Source: Nitrospirota bacterium (GTDB taxonomy: Bacteria; Nitrospirota; UBA9217). Taken from it: a DNA stretch of 64,000 nucleotides. Position numbers and translations under genes: made by a program. The stretch lies in assembly GCA_963737155.1 (NCBI GenBank), contig CAVTRN010000002.1, positions 2,464,001 to 2,528,000 of the forward strand, written 5' to 3'. Under the pieces are notes generated by a model, which was given only the letters and a program-made list of their open reading frames with translations, was not told the origin of the DNA and did no database searches. Shown piece by piece: positions 29,414 through 38,795 of the stretch (its first letter is position 1; the number at the start of each line of letters is the position of its first letter).

Positions 29414-31618
29414 CTAGACCTGCCACATCGTGGCTTCAAAATCATCGGTCGGGACCTTGAACTGAATGTATCCGCGATAGGGCCATTTCTCGACCTCCGA
29501 TCCCGACCGCTCAACCGTCACAAAAATCTGAATCTCGTCGTTAGCCTTGGCGCCCAGCAGATTGAAGGGTATGGCAAGCTCGATAATATCATTGACTGCA
29601 ACAGTGTTTATCACGGCCGACGGTTCCCGATTTCCGTTCTCGCTTCGATATAAATCTGCGTTTACGCGACGTTCCTGCGGGACAATCCTGATTTCCACAT
29701 CAATTCCTTTTGGATTCAGAAAATTGATAAAAAACGTCAGGTCTTTCACCTTCTCATCCTTCAGACTTCCACTCGGGTCGAGACGGAAAAACATATTTTT
29801 TAGATCGAAACCGTAATAGAGGTGAGTTATTATGGACGCACCGCGATGCATGGCCCCGCCACCCTGGCTAACGTCATAAAAGCCGGCGGACAGCCATTCG
29901 AAATAATTCGTGACTTGGCCATCGATAGTCGGTGAAATAAATGCGGTGAGTTCTACGGTTGGGAGCGCCTGTCGGTCCCTGTGAAGAATGGAAATTTGAA
30001 GCTCGTCCGGGATGTCGAGACCTATAATCCGGTAAACATTCATGAGGTGGGTCCGGAACAGCAGATCGAACTCCTCGTCATTCTCGGAATAGTGGTCATC
30101 ACCATACCACCAGCACCAGTCGCTTCCCTCTGCGATGTAAATTTCCTCCCACGCCTTAGCCAGTTTTTCCGGATTGCCGTCGTGGGAAGTGAATTCTGAC
30201 AACGCAGCGCGTGTTTGTGATAGCAGGCTCCATGCGCGATTGTCCTCTTCATGACCGATCCAGACACGATAGTTCGCATTGATCCACGAGCCTGCATGAA
30301 GACGCTCGATGGACGCTTCTGCAGGATGTTCCCGCAGATACTCCCCGACCGTCACGCACTGGAGCCCCTGTTCGCCACTAAGACGTTCATAGAGGTATAG
30401 AAAAAAGTCTCGGCCATCATTCTGATAATATTCCCAGGCATTTTCACCGTCAAGAATGATTGATACCAGATGCGGTCCATTGGACATACCCCGCCTGACC
30501 CGGTGGAGCCGATCCACGAGGTCGTGTACCGCGTTCTTGTAATCCCATTTAGAATATACAAAACCGATAAGATCGGACAGCGTATGATCGCGAAATATGA
30601 CTGAAATGCGCTTGTCCCCTTTTCCGGCCAAGTACGGCTTGTATAATACCTCCGGGTTTTTCATCACGCCGTCGAAATCCCGTTCAATATGAATGCCGAG
30701 GGATCGGGCAAGAACTCCTTCGTCGCTGCCGATCCATTTAATGCCGGCGTCAGCCAGAAGGGGAACTAATTCTTCCGCCACCGACCCTTCCGAGGGCCAC
30801 ATGCCCAAGGGACGCGAACCAAAGAGTTTCTCGTGATACTCCATGGCGCGCTCGATCTGTATGCGCGCATCCTCGGGATGGGCAAAACGCTCTGCAGGAA
30901 GATGGATGTCCGGAACCGCGACTTTTGCGAGGTCCGTGTCAATCAATAACGGAAGAATAGGGTGATAGAACGGAGTCGTCGTCAGCTCTATCCTGCCGTA
31001 CTCCATCAGACGCCGGTACTCCGGAATGATAAGCGCCATGACTTCCCGCTGCTTTTGAACGAGAAGCAATTTTCCCTTCTCGCTGAAACCTGATCCTTGC
31101 TGAATCAGCTCTTGAAGAAACGGGTCCTTTTGCTTGAAGACCGGATCAAACCAGGTCAAATTGAACCAGACCTGAAGATCGAGATAATCCTGGTTCGTAA
31201 AATAGCGCGTCGCGTTCTTAAGATCATCGGGGGATACGCTATAGCCTCTGCGATCAAGCAGATGCCAATACCCGGGATAGGGCTTGATCATCGTATCCCA
31301 GTTTGCCATAAAAGAGTTCTTGAGCAGAAACAGTTTGTCTTCCTGGTTGAGATCCGCAGCAGGTTTGATCGTCAGGTCGAGGAACTTGTCGGTTGCTTTG
31401 TTTTCCACATAATCCCTGATCTGTTTGAGGAGCGAGGGGACGAGGTTGAACGTTTGGTGAATATCGGGAAAATCTGTCAGAAGCGCCGGCATATCGTAAT
31501 AATCCTTGATGCCGTGCAATCTCACCCAGGGTAGGATGTAGGACCCTGTTACATCATCTTTATAGTACGGCTGGTGCATGTGCCATACAAATGCTATGTA
31601 CAGAGGATAGTCGGACAT
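29414..31618 (-). CDS. Glycoside hydrolase family 57 (amylopullulanase-like)
   Basis: WHMHQP, PFYHPILP, GMWPSEGSV, ILDGENAWE, AEGSDWCWW. Confidence 0.93.
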   Translation of the reverse strand: MSDYPLYIAFVWHMHQPYYKDDVTGSYILPWVRLHGIKDYYDMPALLTDFPDIHQTFNLVPSLLKQIRDYVENKATDKFLDLTIKPAADLNQEDKLFLLKNSFMANWDTMIKPYPGYWHLLDRRGYSVSPDDLKNATRYFTNQDYLDLQVWFNLTWFDPVFKQKDPFLQELIQQGSGFSEKGKLLLVQKQREVMALIIPEYRRLMEYGRIELTTTPFYHPILPLLIDTDLAKVAVPDIHLPAERFAHPEDARIQIERAMEYHEKLFGSRPLGMWPSEGSVAEELVPLLADAGIKWIGSDEGVLARSLGIHIERDFDGVMKNPEVLYKPYLAGKGDKRISVIFRDHTLSDLIGFVYSKWDYKNAVHDLVDRLHRVRRGMSNGPHLVSIILDGENAWEYYQNDGRDFFLYLYERLSGEQGLQCVTVGEYLREHPAEASIERLHAGSWINANYRVWIGHEEDNRAWSLLSQTRAALSEFTSHDGNPEKLAKAWEEIYIAEGSDWCWWYGDDHYSENDEEFDLLFRTHLMNVYRIIGLDIPDELQISILHRDRQALPTVELTAFISPTIDGQVTNYFEWLSAGFYDVSQGGGAMHRGASIITHLYYGFDLKNMFFRLDPSGSLKDEKVKDLTFFINFLNPKGIDVEIRIVPQERRVNADLYRSENGNREPSAVINTVAVNDIIELAIPFNLLGAKANDEIQIFVTVERSGSEVEKWPYRGYIQFKVPTDDFEATMWQV

Positions 31619-31749
31619 GTCGGTTTAGACAATTGGGGAAGCACGATGAGAAAAACACACAGCAGAAACCTCACCAAGGCAAAAGAAACTTCCTACACGA
31701 TGCTATTAGGGATGATTGAGAGTGCCGTCTTTTGCTTCCAGAAAGCCCC

Positions 31750-32076
31750 TCATGGTTCGTCATAATAGTACACTATCTCTCCTTGGCGTGCAAGCCCCAG
31801 TTTGTCTCGCGCCAGGATTTCAAGATAGTACGGATCTGTTTTCAAAGCATGGACATCCTTGAGAAGCCTTGCATTATCCAGTTTGAGCGTTGCAATTTCC
31901 TGAGTGAGGTAGTCATACCGCTCCTTCATTCGATAATATTTTATCACTCCCATTTCACCGAAAATGAAGGACACAAGGACGTAGAAGACAGCGACAACAG
32001 CAATGGCTATCAGCGCTATCCTGCTGCGTGAGCTCCGGGAACTGCGGTTTGTTTTTAAATAATTCCGTTTGCGCAT
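31750..32076 (-). CDS. ftsB: Septum formation initiator FtsB/DivIC
   Basis: TM helix, FGEMG, coiled coil, YLEILARDKLGLARQGEIVY. Confidence 0.85.
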   Translation of the reverse strand: MRKRNYLKTNRSSRSSRSRIALIAIAVVAVFYVLVSFIFGEMGVIKYYRMKERYDYLTQEIATLKLDNARLLKDVHALKTDPYYLEILARDKLGLARQGEIVYYYDEP

Positions 32077-32137
32077 GGCATGAGTAGCGTGGTAGCCGCT
32101 CGCTTTTTGTGTTACGGAAAAGAAAAGGACCGGGCTG

Positions 32138-32171
32138 TAAAAACAATACCACGAAGATCGGCTTCGTGGTA
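32138..32171 (-). terminator. Terminator after Lys-rich peptide ORF 2
   Basis: Minus strand TACCACGAAG-CCGAT-CTTCGTGGTA followed by TTGTTTT. Confidence 0.65.
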
Positions 32172-32217
32172 AAGTTGCACATCTGCATTTCGGATATGCT
32201 TTATATCCCAAGCTTCG

Positions 32218-32274
32218 TTATTTCTTTTTGGTGGTCTTCTTCGCCTTCTTTGCCGGGGCTTTCTTCGTCGCCAT
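32218..32274 (-). CDS. 18-aa Lys-rich micropeptide MATKKAPAKKAKKTTKKK
   Basis: Not in ORF track; strong SD GGAAGGGGGTGA, ATG start, TAA stop, downstream terminator; similar to the peptide at 32427..32489. Confidence 0.7.
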   Translation of the reverse strand: MATKKAPAKKAKKTTKKK

Positions 32275-32368
32275 GAGTCATCACCCCCTTCCATAAATGA
32301 ATTTAAAATACGTGGCAAACAGGTAAGCTAACCTTGGTTCCACGCTCATTGCCAATCAGGGCAAATAC

Positions 32369-32395
32369 GCCGGGGGACTCTGTGGCCCCCGGCGG
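32369..32395 (-). terminator. GC-rich hairpin after Lys-rich peptide ORF 1
   Basis: Minus strand CGCCGGGGG-9 nt-CCCCCGGCG followed by TATTT; weak U-tract. Confidence 0.5.
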
Positions 32396-32426
32396 GCCCC
32401 ACTCTGCGGGACGCGATGCATGAAAA

Positions 32427-32489
32427 CTACTTCTTCTTGGTGGCCTTCTTTTTGGTCGCTTTCTTCTTCGCTTTCTTCTTGGCTGCCAT
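32427..32489 (-). CDS. 20-aa Lys-rich micropeptide MAAKKKAKKKATKKKATKKK
   Basis: Not in ORF track; SD AAAGGGGGTGGA, ATG start, TAG stop; 47 nt downstream of HEPN stop. Confidence 0.7.
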   Translation of the reverse strand: MAAKKKAKKKATKKKATKKK

Positions 32490-32536
32490 TATTTGTCCAC
32501 CCCCTTTCGGCATACCGCGTTCGGACTCAAGCGGCC

Positions 32537-33022
32537 TTATCTTGAAACAAGCTGAGGTACATAGTTAAGCAGTGACATCTGCGAGTACTTCTCCCGTATC
32601 CTGCCGTTCACAAGCTCGATAAATTCCTCAGCATCTTTGATTGCTTGCCCTGCCTCATACCGGGATATGATGTGTTCGGCATCCTCTATAAAGCTCTGAT
32701 ATTTCCGCCGCATTCTGTCAAACTTATTAATAAGACTTTTAAATTGCTCGCCGAGCAGCACTCCGGCGGCGGTTACTATGGTCTTTTGGGCATCTCGGCC
32801 CCGGACTCCTTTGGGCCTGAAACCCTCGGTAGAAATCAAAGCTCTTGCTGAGCGAACCATTGCCAGGTAGGCAGTCGCAAAAGCCCATTCTTCGTCTTTG
32901 TCCTGCAGAAGTTTGCTTGTCGCAAGGTCACGCTCCGCACGGGTAACGAGAGCTATGACCTCGCTGATCTCCGAAGAGCGCTCCTCAACAATCCCCAGAT
33001 TTTTTAACCTTTCATAAGTCAT
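32537..33022 (-). CDS. HEPN-domain protein with degenerate catalytic motif
   Basis: AERDL...EWAFATAYLAMVRSARAL...GFRP...FDRMRRK...EAGQAIKDAEEF HEPN pattern; R-X4-H/Y motif reads YQSFIE; overlaps upstream MNT gene by 11 nt. Confidence 0.78.
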   Translation of the reverse strand: MTYERLKNLGIVEERSSEISEVIALVTRAERDLATSKLLQDKDEEWAFATAYLAMVRSARALISTEGFRPKGVRGRDAQKTIVTAAGVLLGEQFKSLINKFDRMRRKYQSFIEDAEHIISRYEAGQAIKDAEEFIELVNGRIREKYSQMSLLNYVPQLVSR

Positions 33023-33578
33023 CTTCCTTGCCTACCAGAAAAATTTTCTTGCCTTTCAATAATTCCCGTATAAAGGGATCCTTAGATTCCTTCCGTTTAC
33101 GGTACTCCTGCTCATCAAATACCAGATAATCGATGTCCTGCTTCAATTTTTCTTCAAGGCCCATCACCATATCGTTTAATTCCGTGATGTTTGCTTGGCC
33201 AATGACCATGAGATTGATGTTGCTGTCCTCTTTCTCAGACCCCTTGGCGTAGGATCCATAAATGAACGCCGCCTGAACCCCCTTAAGCCGGGAGAGCGAC
33301 GTCTTCATGGCGCCTTGCGCACCGGTCGTTTTGAAAATTAGACCTTTCATCTCGGCGAAGATCGGGGAATTTTTATTCGCGAAGTAGTATTTCTGGACAC
33401 CCCGCTTTTCTTTTCCCAAGAGCCCGATCTTAACAAGGTTGTCAAGCTCACGCTTGATCCCCGCCGCATCCTTCCCGATATGGCGCGCTATCTCCCTCAG
33501 ATAGAACCGATCATCCGGGTTGTTAAAGAACAGGCCTAAAAGCTCCGCTCTTGTCGAAGAGAAGAGTTTTGTCAGCAC
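33012..33578 (-). CDS. Winged-HTH + minimal nucleotidyltransferase (MNT), catalytic DxD replaced by NxN
   Basis: FYLREIAR...IKRELDNL..IGLL wHTH; AFIYGSYAKGSEKEDSNINLMVIG; DPFIRELLKGKKIFL. Confidence 0.85.
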   Translation of the reverse strand: MLTKLFSSTRAELLGLFFNNPDDRFYLREIARHIGKDAAGIKRELDNLVKIGLLGKEKRGVQKYYFANKNSPIFAEMKGLIFKTTGAQGAMKTSLSRLKGVQAAFIYGSYAKGSEKEDSNINLMVIGQANITELNDMVMGLEEKLKQDIDYLVFDEQEYRKRKESKDPFIRELLKGKKIFLVGKEDDL

Positions 33579-33594
33579 CTTGTATCACCTCGTG

Positions 33595-33629
33595 GACAAA
33601 ATATACTACAAGAGTGTATATTTTGTCAA
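33595..33629 (-). promoter_or_regulatory. Promoter with overlapping palindromic operator for the MNT-HEPN operon
   Basis: GACAAAATATAC-9 nt-GTATATTTTGTC perfect 12-bp inverted repeat overlapping minus-strand TTGACA-18-TATATT. Confidence 0.7.
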
Positions 33630-34146
33630 CAAGAAAATTAAACAAATTATTTTTCCTATGGTTAGACAATTTATCAACACCGTAATCAACATGTTGAAAA
33701 ATTGTTCACAAATATTATTGTTTTGTCGATCATTTTCACACTATTACTTGTTAGGATTCGGCATCGCGAACTGGTGTTTTCCGGTGCTTCGATTGCATGC
33801 CAACCAGCAAGCGTCAATGCAACTTCCACGGCAAGATGAAAATATCCGCTCAAATAGCGCATCTATCAAGCGAAATGCACAAGCTCGGGTTCGATAACAA
33901 TGAATCAAGTTGGCGCATGAGTGCTAGAAATCTCACCTTAATATTTTTCATGCCGAGATTTTTAGTATCAGCGATGTTGAAATAAACTCCATTGAATCGC
34001 GGGCCATTTACGCGAATTCACAGACTCAGCAGATTTCTCTTTTGTTCGCCGCGTCACTTATGGTATAGTAAGTAAAATAAATCGTTGACATATTGTCTTC
34101 AAAAATTATTTTGTCATCAAATATTATTCGTATTATTCGGAGAACA

Positions 34147-35400
34147 ATGGAATTCAGTAAATTAGAGATACCCTATGAAGTAAAGCAGGGAATCGAGGAG
34201 GCAGGCTTCACGATTTGCACACCCGTTCAGGAAGAAGTCATCCCGCGGGCTGTTCGCGGAGAAGATGTAGCGGCGCAGGCACAGACAGGCACAGGCAAAA
34301 CAGCGGCTTTTCTTATTTCGCTGTTCACTCGGATGATCAGAAACCCGGTGGTGGACTTAGCGAACTCTCCTCAGGCGCTCATCATCGCTCCGACGCGCGA
34401 GCTTGCCGACCAGATATACCACGAAGCATTGCGTCTGGGAAAGTTCACGGGTTACCGCCTCCTGGCAGTCTATGGCGGCATCGATTACCAAAAACAGATG
34501 GATACCCTCCAGAAGGGCGTTGATGTGCTCATTGGAACCCCGGGCAGGCTCATTGATTATTACAAACAGAACATCTACAGCCTCAAGAAGACTCGCTATC
34601 TGATCATCGACGAGGCCGACCGCATGTTCGACATGGGTTTCATCGACGATCTGCGGTATCTTCTCCGGAAAATGCAACCTTATACCAAGCGACAGTCAAT
34701 GCTCTTCTCGGCAACTCTCTCCTACCGTGTGATGGAACTCGCCTATGAATTTATGAACCTTTCTGAGAAGATTTCGATCACGCCAGAAAAAATAACCGTG
34801 GAGCAGGTGGAACAGGTCCTTTACCACGTCGGTAAACACGAGAAAATTCCGCTCCTGCTCGGACTCCTTAGAAAGGAAAAACCCTTCCGCACACTCATCT
34901 TCGTGAACACCCGGCGCGCGGCCGACATGGTCGTTGAGCGTTTGAACCGGAACAATTGGAAGGCCGATGCGATCACCGGCGACATCATCCAGAAAAAAAG
35001 GCTCCGGCTTCTCGCTGAATTTAAAGAAGGAAAACTTCCCATTCTCGTCGCGACCGACGTGGCCAGCCGCGGCATTCATGTCGAAGGGGTGACCCATGTC
35101 ATCAATTATGACCTTCCCCAGGACGCCGAGGATTACGTGCACCGCATCGGCCGGACAGGCCGCGCAGGAGCAACGGGAAAAGCACTCAGCCTCGCGGACG
35201 AAGAATACGTCTATTCCCTTGAGGTCATCGAAAAATACATCGGCCAGAAAATCCCAGTAGAGTGGGCCGAAGATACCATGTACGTCAGGGAAATACGCAG
35301 GACCGCGGAAGAAAAAAAGCATGCTGCGGCAATTGCGGTACAGAAACTCCATCACCCCTCAAAGAACCGCCGTTTCCAATCGAGAACAAAACACCATTAA
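34147..35400 (+). CDS. rhlB: DEAD-box RNA helicase (RhlB-like)
   Basis: AQTGTGKT, PTRELA, DEADRMFD, SATLSYRV, HRIGRTGR. Confidence 0.9.
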   Translation: MEFSKLEIPYEVKQGIEEAGFTICTPVQEEVIPRAVRGEDVAAQAQTGTGKTAAFLISLFTRMIRNPVVDLANSPQALIIAPTRELADQIYHEALRLGKFTGYRLLAVYGGIDYQKQMDTLQKGVDVLIGTPGRLIDYYKQNIYSLKKTRYLIIDEADRMFDMGFIDDLRYLLRKMQPYTKRQSMLFSATLSYRVMELAYEFMNLSEKISITPEKITVEQVEQVLYHVGKHEKIPLLLGLLRKEKPFRTLIFVNTRRAADMVVERLNRNNWKADAITGDIIQKKRLRLLAEFKEGKLPILVATDVASRGIHVEGVTHVINYDLPQDAEDYVHRIGRTGRAGATGKALSLADEEYVYSLEVIEKYIGQKIPVEWAEDTMYVREIRRTAEEKKHAAAIAVQKLHHPSKNRRFQSRTKHH

Positions 35401-35618
35401 TCAGGTTCACTGCCACCATGTACCGGTAACCATGAGCGTTGTGAGCTCTTGCCGTAATTTAGAATAGCCGCTCACAACAGATTCCAGCAACGCATGTTAG
35501 TGAATGCTGTTTTCCCACGGTGGTATAATAGTATCAGGGATTAGAGATGATTTTCCTCTTAAATTATTCTTACAACCCGGCCATATGGGAAGGCGCTTAA
35601 GCAAAGGGGTGTTTCGCC

Positions 35619-37325
35619 ATGGTTGAATTTATGTCAACTACAAATTATGAACGACCTTGGCTCCGTTTTTACGAACCCAGCGTTCCCTCCAGCCTTACCT
35701 ACCCCGAGATTACGCTCGGAGGCGTTCTTGAGCGGAATGCAAGGAAATACCCGGACCATCATGTGATCCTTTTTTACGGGAAGAAAATTTCCTACCGCGA
35801 GCTTGATAAACTTGCGAACCAATTTGGACGAGCCCTCACTACACTGGGGGTGAAAAAAGGCCATCGCGTCGCGCTCATGCTGCCCAATATCCCGCAAATG
35901 GTAATTGCCTACTATGGGGCGCTTCGAACCGGTGCCGTAGTTGTTCCGACCAACCCGCTTTACCACGAGCATGAGCTGGAAGTGCAGCTCAAGGACAGCG
36001 GAACCGAGACGCTCGTTGCGGTCGACATGTTTTATCCAATGATTTCCCGCGTTATTCCGCGGACAAAGGTCAACCATCTAATCCTCTGCGGCATTAAGGA
36101 TTATCTCCCCTTTCCCTTGAACCTTCTGTACCCGGTAAAGGCGTGGATCAACCGGGAATGGGTTCGTGTAAAACGCGCACCTCCAATCTATGATTTTCTC
36201 GATATCATGAGAGATAAAGACGCTTCCCCGCCCGATGCAACGGTGTCCCCTGATGATGTTGCGTTGCTCCAATACACCGGCGGTACGACAGGGATACCAA
36301 AAGGCGCCATCCTGACCCATCGCAACCTTGTAGTGAACGCCGTACAAAGCAATGCCTGGCTTACACTAGGGAATGAAGATAAAGTGATTATTCTCGCGGT
36401 AATCCCCTTTTTCCATGTTTACGGAATGACAACGGCCATGAACCTCGGCATCTTCATGGGTGCCGAACTGCTCCTTCTTCCCAAGTTTCATACGAAGGAG
36501 GTGCTGCGATTCATTGAAAAGTACCGGCCTCAGATATTCCCGGGTATTCAGGCCATGTATCTTGCTATAGGCCATTATCCAAAGGTTCGGAAGTACGATC
36601 TGTCGTCAGCGAAGGTCGCCCTGAGTGGAGCAGGTCCTCTGATGCATGAGGTGCAGGAGCAATTTGAGCGCGCGACAGGAGGAAGGATTGTTGAAGGATA
36701 TGGCCTTTCCGAAGCATCGCCCGTGACCCATGCTAATCCGATTTTCGGCAAGCGAAAAGCGGGCAGCATCGGCCTGCCCTGGCCAGATACCGAAGCGCGG
36801 ATTATGGACATCGAGACCGGCGAGAAAATACTTCCGATCGGCGAAACAGGGGAGCTCGTCATCAGGGGACCGCAGGTCATGAGCGGCTACTGGCACAAGC
36901 CAACGGAAACAGCGACAGCGCTGCGAAATGGATGGCTCCATACCGGCGATATCGCCAGAATGGATGAAGACGGCTACTTCTTCATCGTGGACAGGATTAA
37001 GGACATGATCAAAACGGTGGGAGAGAATGTTTATCCACGTGAAGTGGAGGAAGTGCTCTACACACACCCCAAGGTTAAGGAAGCGGTAGTTGTCGGACTC
37101 CCGCATGAGGAATATCTCGGGGAGAAGATCAAGGCGTTCATCGTCCTGAAGGAAGGAACGACTGCGACAGCCGAGGAGATTATCCAGTACTGTCGAGAGC
37201 AGCTGTCGAAATTTAAAGTGCCGAAAGAGGTTGAATTTCGCGACAGGCTCCCAAAAACCCTAGTAGGAAAAGTGCTTCGCAGAGTGCTCCGGGATGAAGA
37301 GATAAAGAAAGTCGAGGCGAAATGA
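35619..37325 (+). CDS. fadD: Long-chain fatty acid-CoA ligase
   Basis: QYTGGTTGIPKG, EGYGLSEASP, GWLHTGD, VYPREVE, LPKTLVGK. Confidence 0.92.
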   Translation: MVEFMSTTNYERPWLRFYEPSVPSSLTYPEITLGGVLERNARKYPDHHVILFYGKKISYRELDKLANQFGRALTTLGVKKGHRVALMLPNIPQMVIAYYGALRTGAVVVPTNPLYHEHELEVQLKDSGTETLVAVDMFYPMISRVIPRTKVNHLILCGIKDYLPFPLNLLYPVKAWINREWVRVKRAPPIYDFLDIMRDKDASPPDATVSPDDVALLQYTGGTTGIPKGAILTHRNLVVNAVQSNAWLTLGNEDKVIILAVIPFFHVYGMTTAMNLGIFMGAELLLLPKFHTKEVLRFIEKYRPQIFPGIQAMYLAIGHYPKVRKYDLSSAKVALSGAGPLMHEVQEQFERATGGRIVEGYGLSEASPVTHANPIFGKRKAGSIGLPWPDTEARIMDIETGEKILPIGETGELVIRGPQVMSGYWHKPTETATALRNGWLHTGDIARMDEDGYFFIVDRIKDMIKTVGENVYPREVEEVLYTHPKVKEAVVVGLPHEEYLGEKIKAFIVLKEGTTATAEEIIQYCREQLSKFKVPKEVEFRDRLPKTLVGKVLRRVLRDEEIKKVEAK

Positions 37326-37435
37326 CGAGGATCGGTATCGTGAGACACGAACAATAATCAGCTCTTGAAGTAGGTGTCCACCCGTTCTTCGCTTCCCATC
37401 CAGCCCGGCGCTTGCCATTTAACGAGGCAATGCTC

Positions 37436-38719
37436 ATGAAGGAAGTCGTTATCATAGATGGTTTGCGAACACCTTACGCCAAGGCCGGCACGGCTTTCAA
37501 GGATGTACCTGCTGTTGACCTCGGGGCAGCCATTCTCAGAGAGATCGTCGCGCGCACTGGGCTCGACCGGGATCGCATTGACGAGGTAATCATCGGCAAT
37601 GCGGGGATGCCTTCGGAAGCGGCCAACATTGCCCGGGTTATCGCGCTCCGCGCGGGAATTCCCGAGCGGATACCTGCTTACAGTGTGCAGAGGAATTGCG
37701 CGTCGGGCATGCAAGCGGTGGCGAGCGCCTATACCCAGATCCTCGCTGGCATGAGCAAGGTCGTGCTTGTTGGTGGTGTGGAGTCCATGTCCAATTATCC
37801 CTTCTATATAAAGAAGAAACTTCGTGATGTTCTGACTAGCGTGCAGAAATCCAAAAAGGTCGGCGGGAGAATTCGGGCAATCCTCTCGCTCCGGCCGAAG
37901 GATTTCGTACCTATTATCGGCCTCACGGAGGGGCTGACTGATCCAATCTCAGGGCTCATCATGGGCGAGACCGCGGAAGTTCTCGTGCGGGATTTCGCGA
38001 TCACGCGCCGCGAACAGGACGAATATGCTCTTGAAAGCCACCGGCGATGGGCAACAGCGAATGAGGCGGGAAAGTTTAAAAACGAAATCGTTCCCTACTA
38101 CGTGCCGCCGGATTTCCAAGCTGTTACAGAAGACATCGGGCCGCGCAAAAGCCAAACTCTGGAGGCCTTGCAAAAACTGAAGCCTTATTTCGATAAACGG
38201 TTTGGAACTGTCAGCGCAGGGAATTCATCGCCCATTACCGACGGTGCTGCAGCCGCTATTATCATGAGCACCGATCAGGCAAGGGAAATGGGCTACCACC
38301 CGCTCGGCCGCATCAGGGCCGTGGCCTTTGTCGGGTTTGATCCATCCCGTATGGGCATCAGTCCGCTCCATGCCACACATAAGGTTTTGAAGCTTGCAGG
38401 CATGACCATGAAAGACATTGGCCTCATAGAGCTGAACGAGGCTTTTGCAGCTCAGATCATTGCCGTGGAACGGGCCGCAGTGTCGAAGGAGTATTTTGCC
38501 AAGAATCTACCCGGCCAGGAACCGGTCGGCGAGTTCCGGCGCGATATCATGAACGTAAACGGTGGCGCGATTGCACTAGGGCATCCAGTCGGTTCATCGG
38601 GCCTCCGGATCATCATCACGCTACTGAAGGAAATGGAGCGCCGGGGCCTCTCAACCGGCCTCGCCACACTCTGTATCGGCGGCGGCCAGGGCGGGGCCAT
38701 GATCGTTGAGCGTATTTGA
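37436..38719 (+). CDS. fadI: Acetyl-CoA C-acyltransferase (thiolase, FadI-like)
   Basis: RNCASGM, NEAFAAQ, GGAIALGHP, LCIGGGQG. Confidence 0.9.
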   Translation: MKEVVIIDGLRTPYAKAGTAFKDVPAVDLGAAILREIVARTGLDRDRIDEVIIGNAGMPSEAANIARVIALRAGIPERIPAYSVQRNCASGMQAVASAYTQILAGMSKVVLVGGVESMSNYPFYIKKKLRDVLTSVQKSKKVGGRIRAILSLRPKDFVPIIGLTEGLTDPISGLIMGETAEVLVRDFAITRREQDEYALESHRRWATANEAGKFKNEIVPYYVPPDFQAVTEDIGPRKSQTLEALQKLKPYFDKRFGTVSAGNSSPITDGAAAAIIMSTDQAREMGYHPLGRIRAVAFVGFDPSRMGISPLHATHKVLKLAGMTMKDIGLIELNEAFAAQIIAVERAAVSKEYFAKNLPGQEPVGEFRRDIMNVNGGAIALGHPVGSSGLRIIITLLKEMERRGLSTGLATLCIGGGQGGAMIVERI

Positions 38720-38795
38720 TCTCGATGAATCATAAAAATATGTGGCGTTAGCATGCTGACAATCGTGATTTTTTGTACTCTAGTGCGAGGTTCCT

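Noticed and set aside
32112-32318. Arg-rich 68-aa ORF (WRRRKPRQRRRRR)
   Set aside because: Alternative frame over the Lys-rich peptide; the SD is positioned for the ATG at 32274
33694-33711. Rex-like box TTGAAAAATTGTTCACAA
   Set aside because: Two mismatches in AT-rich DNA and flanking genes are not typical Rex targets
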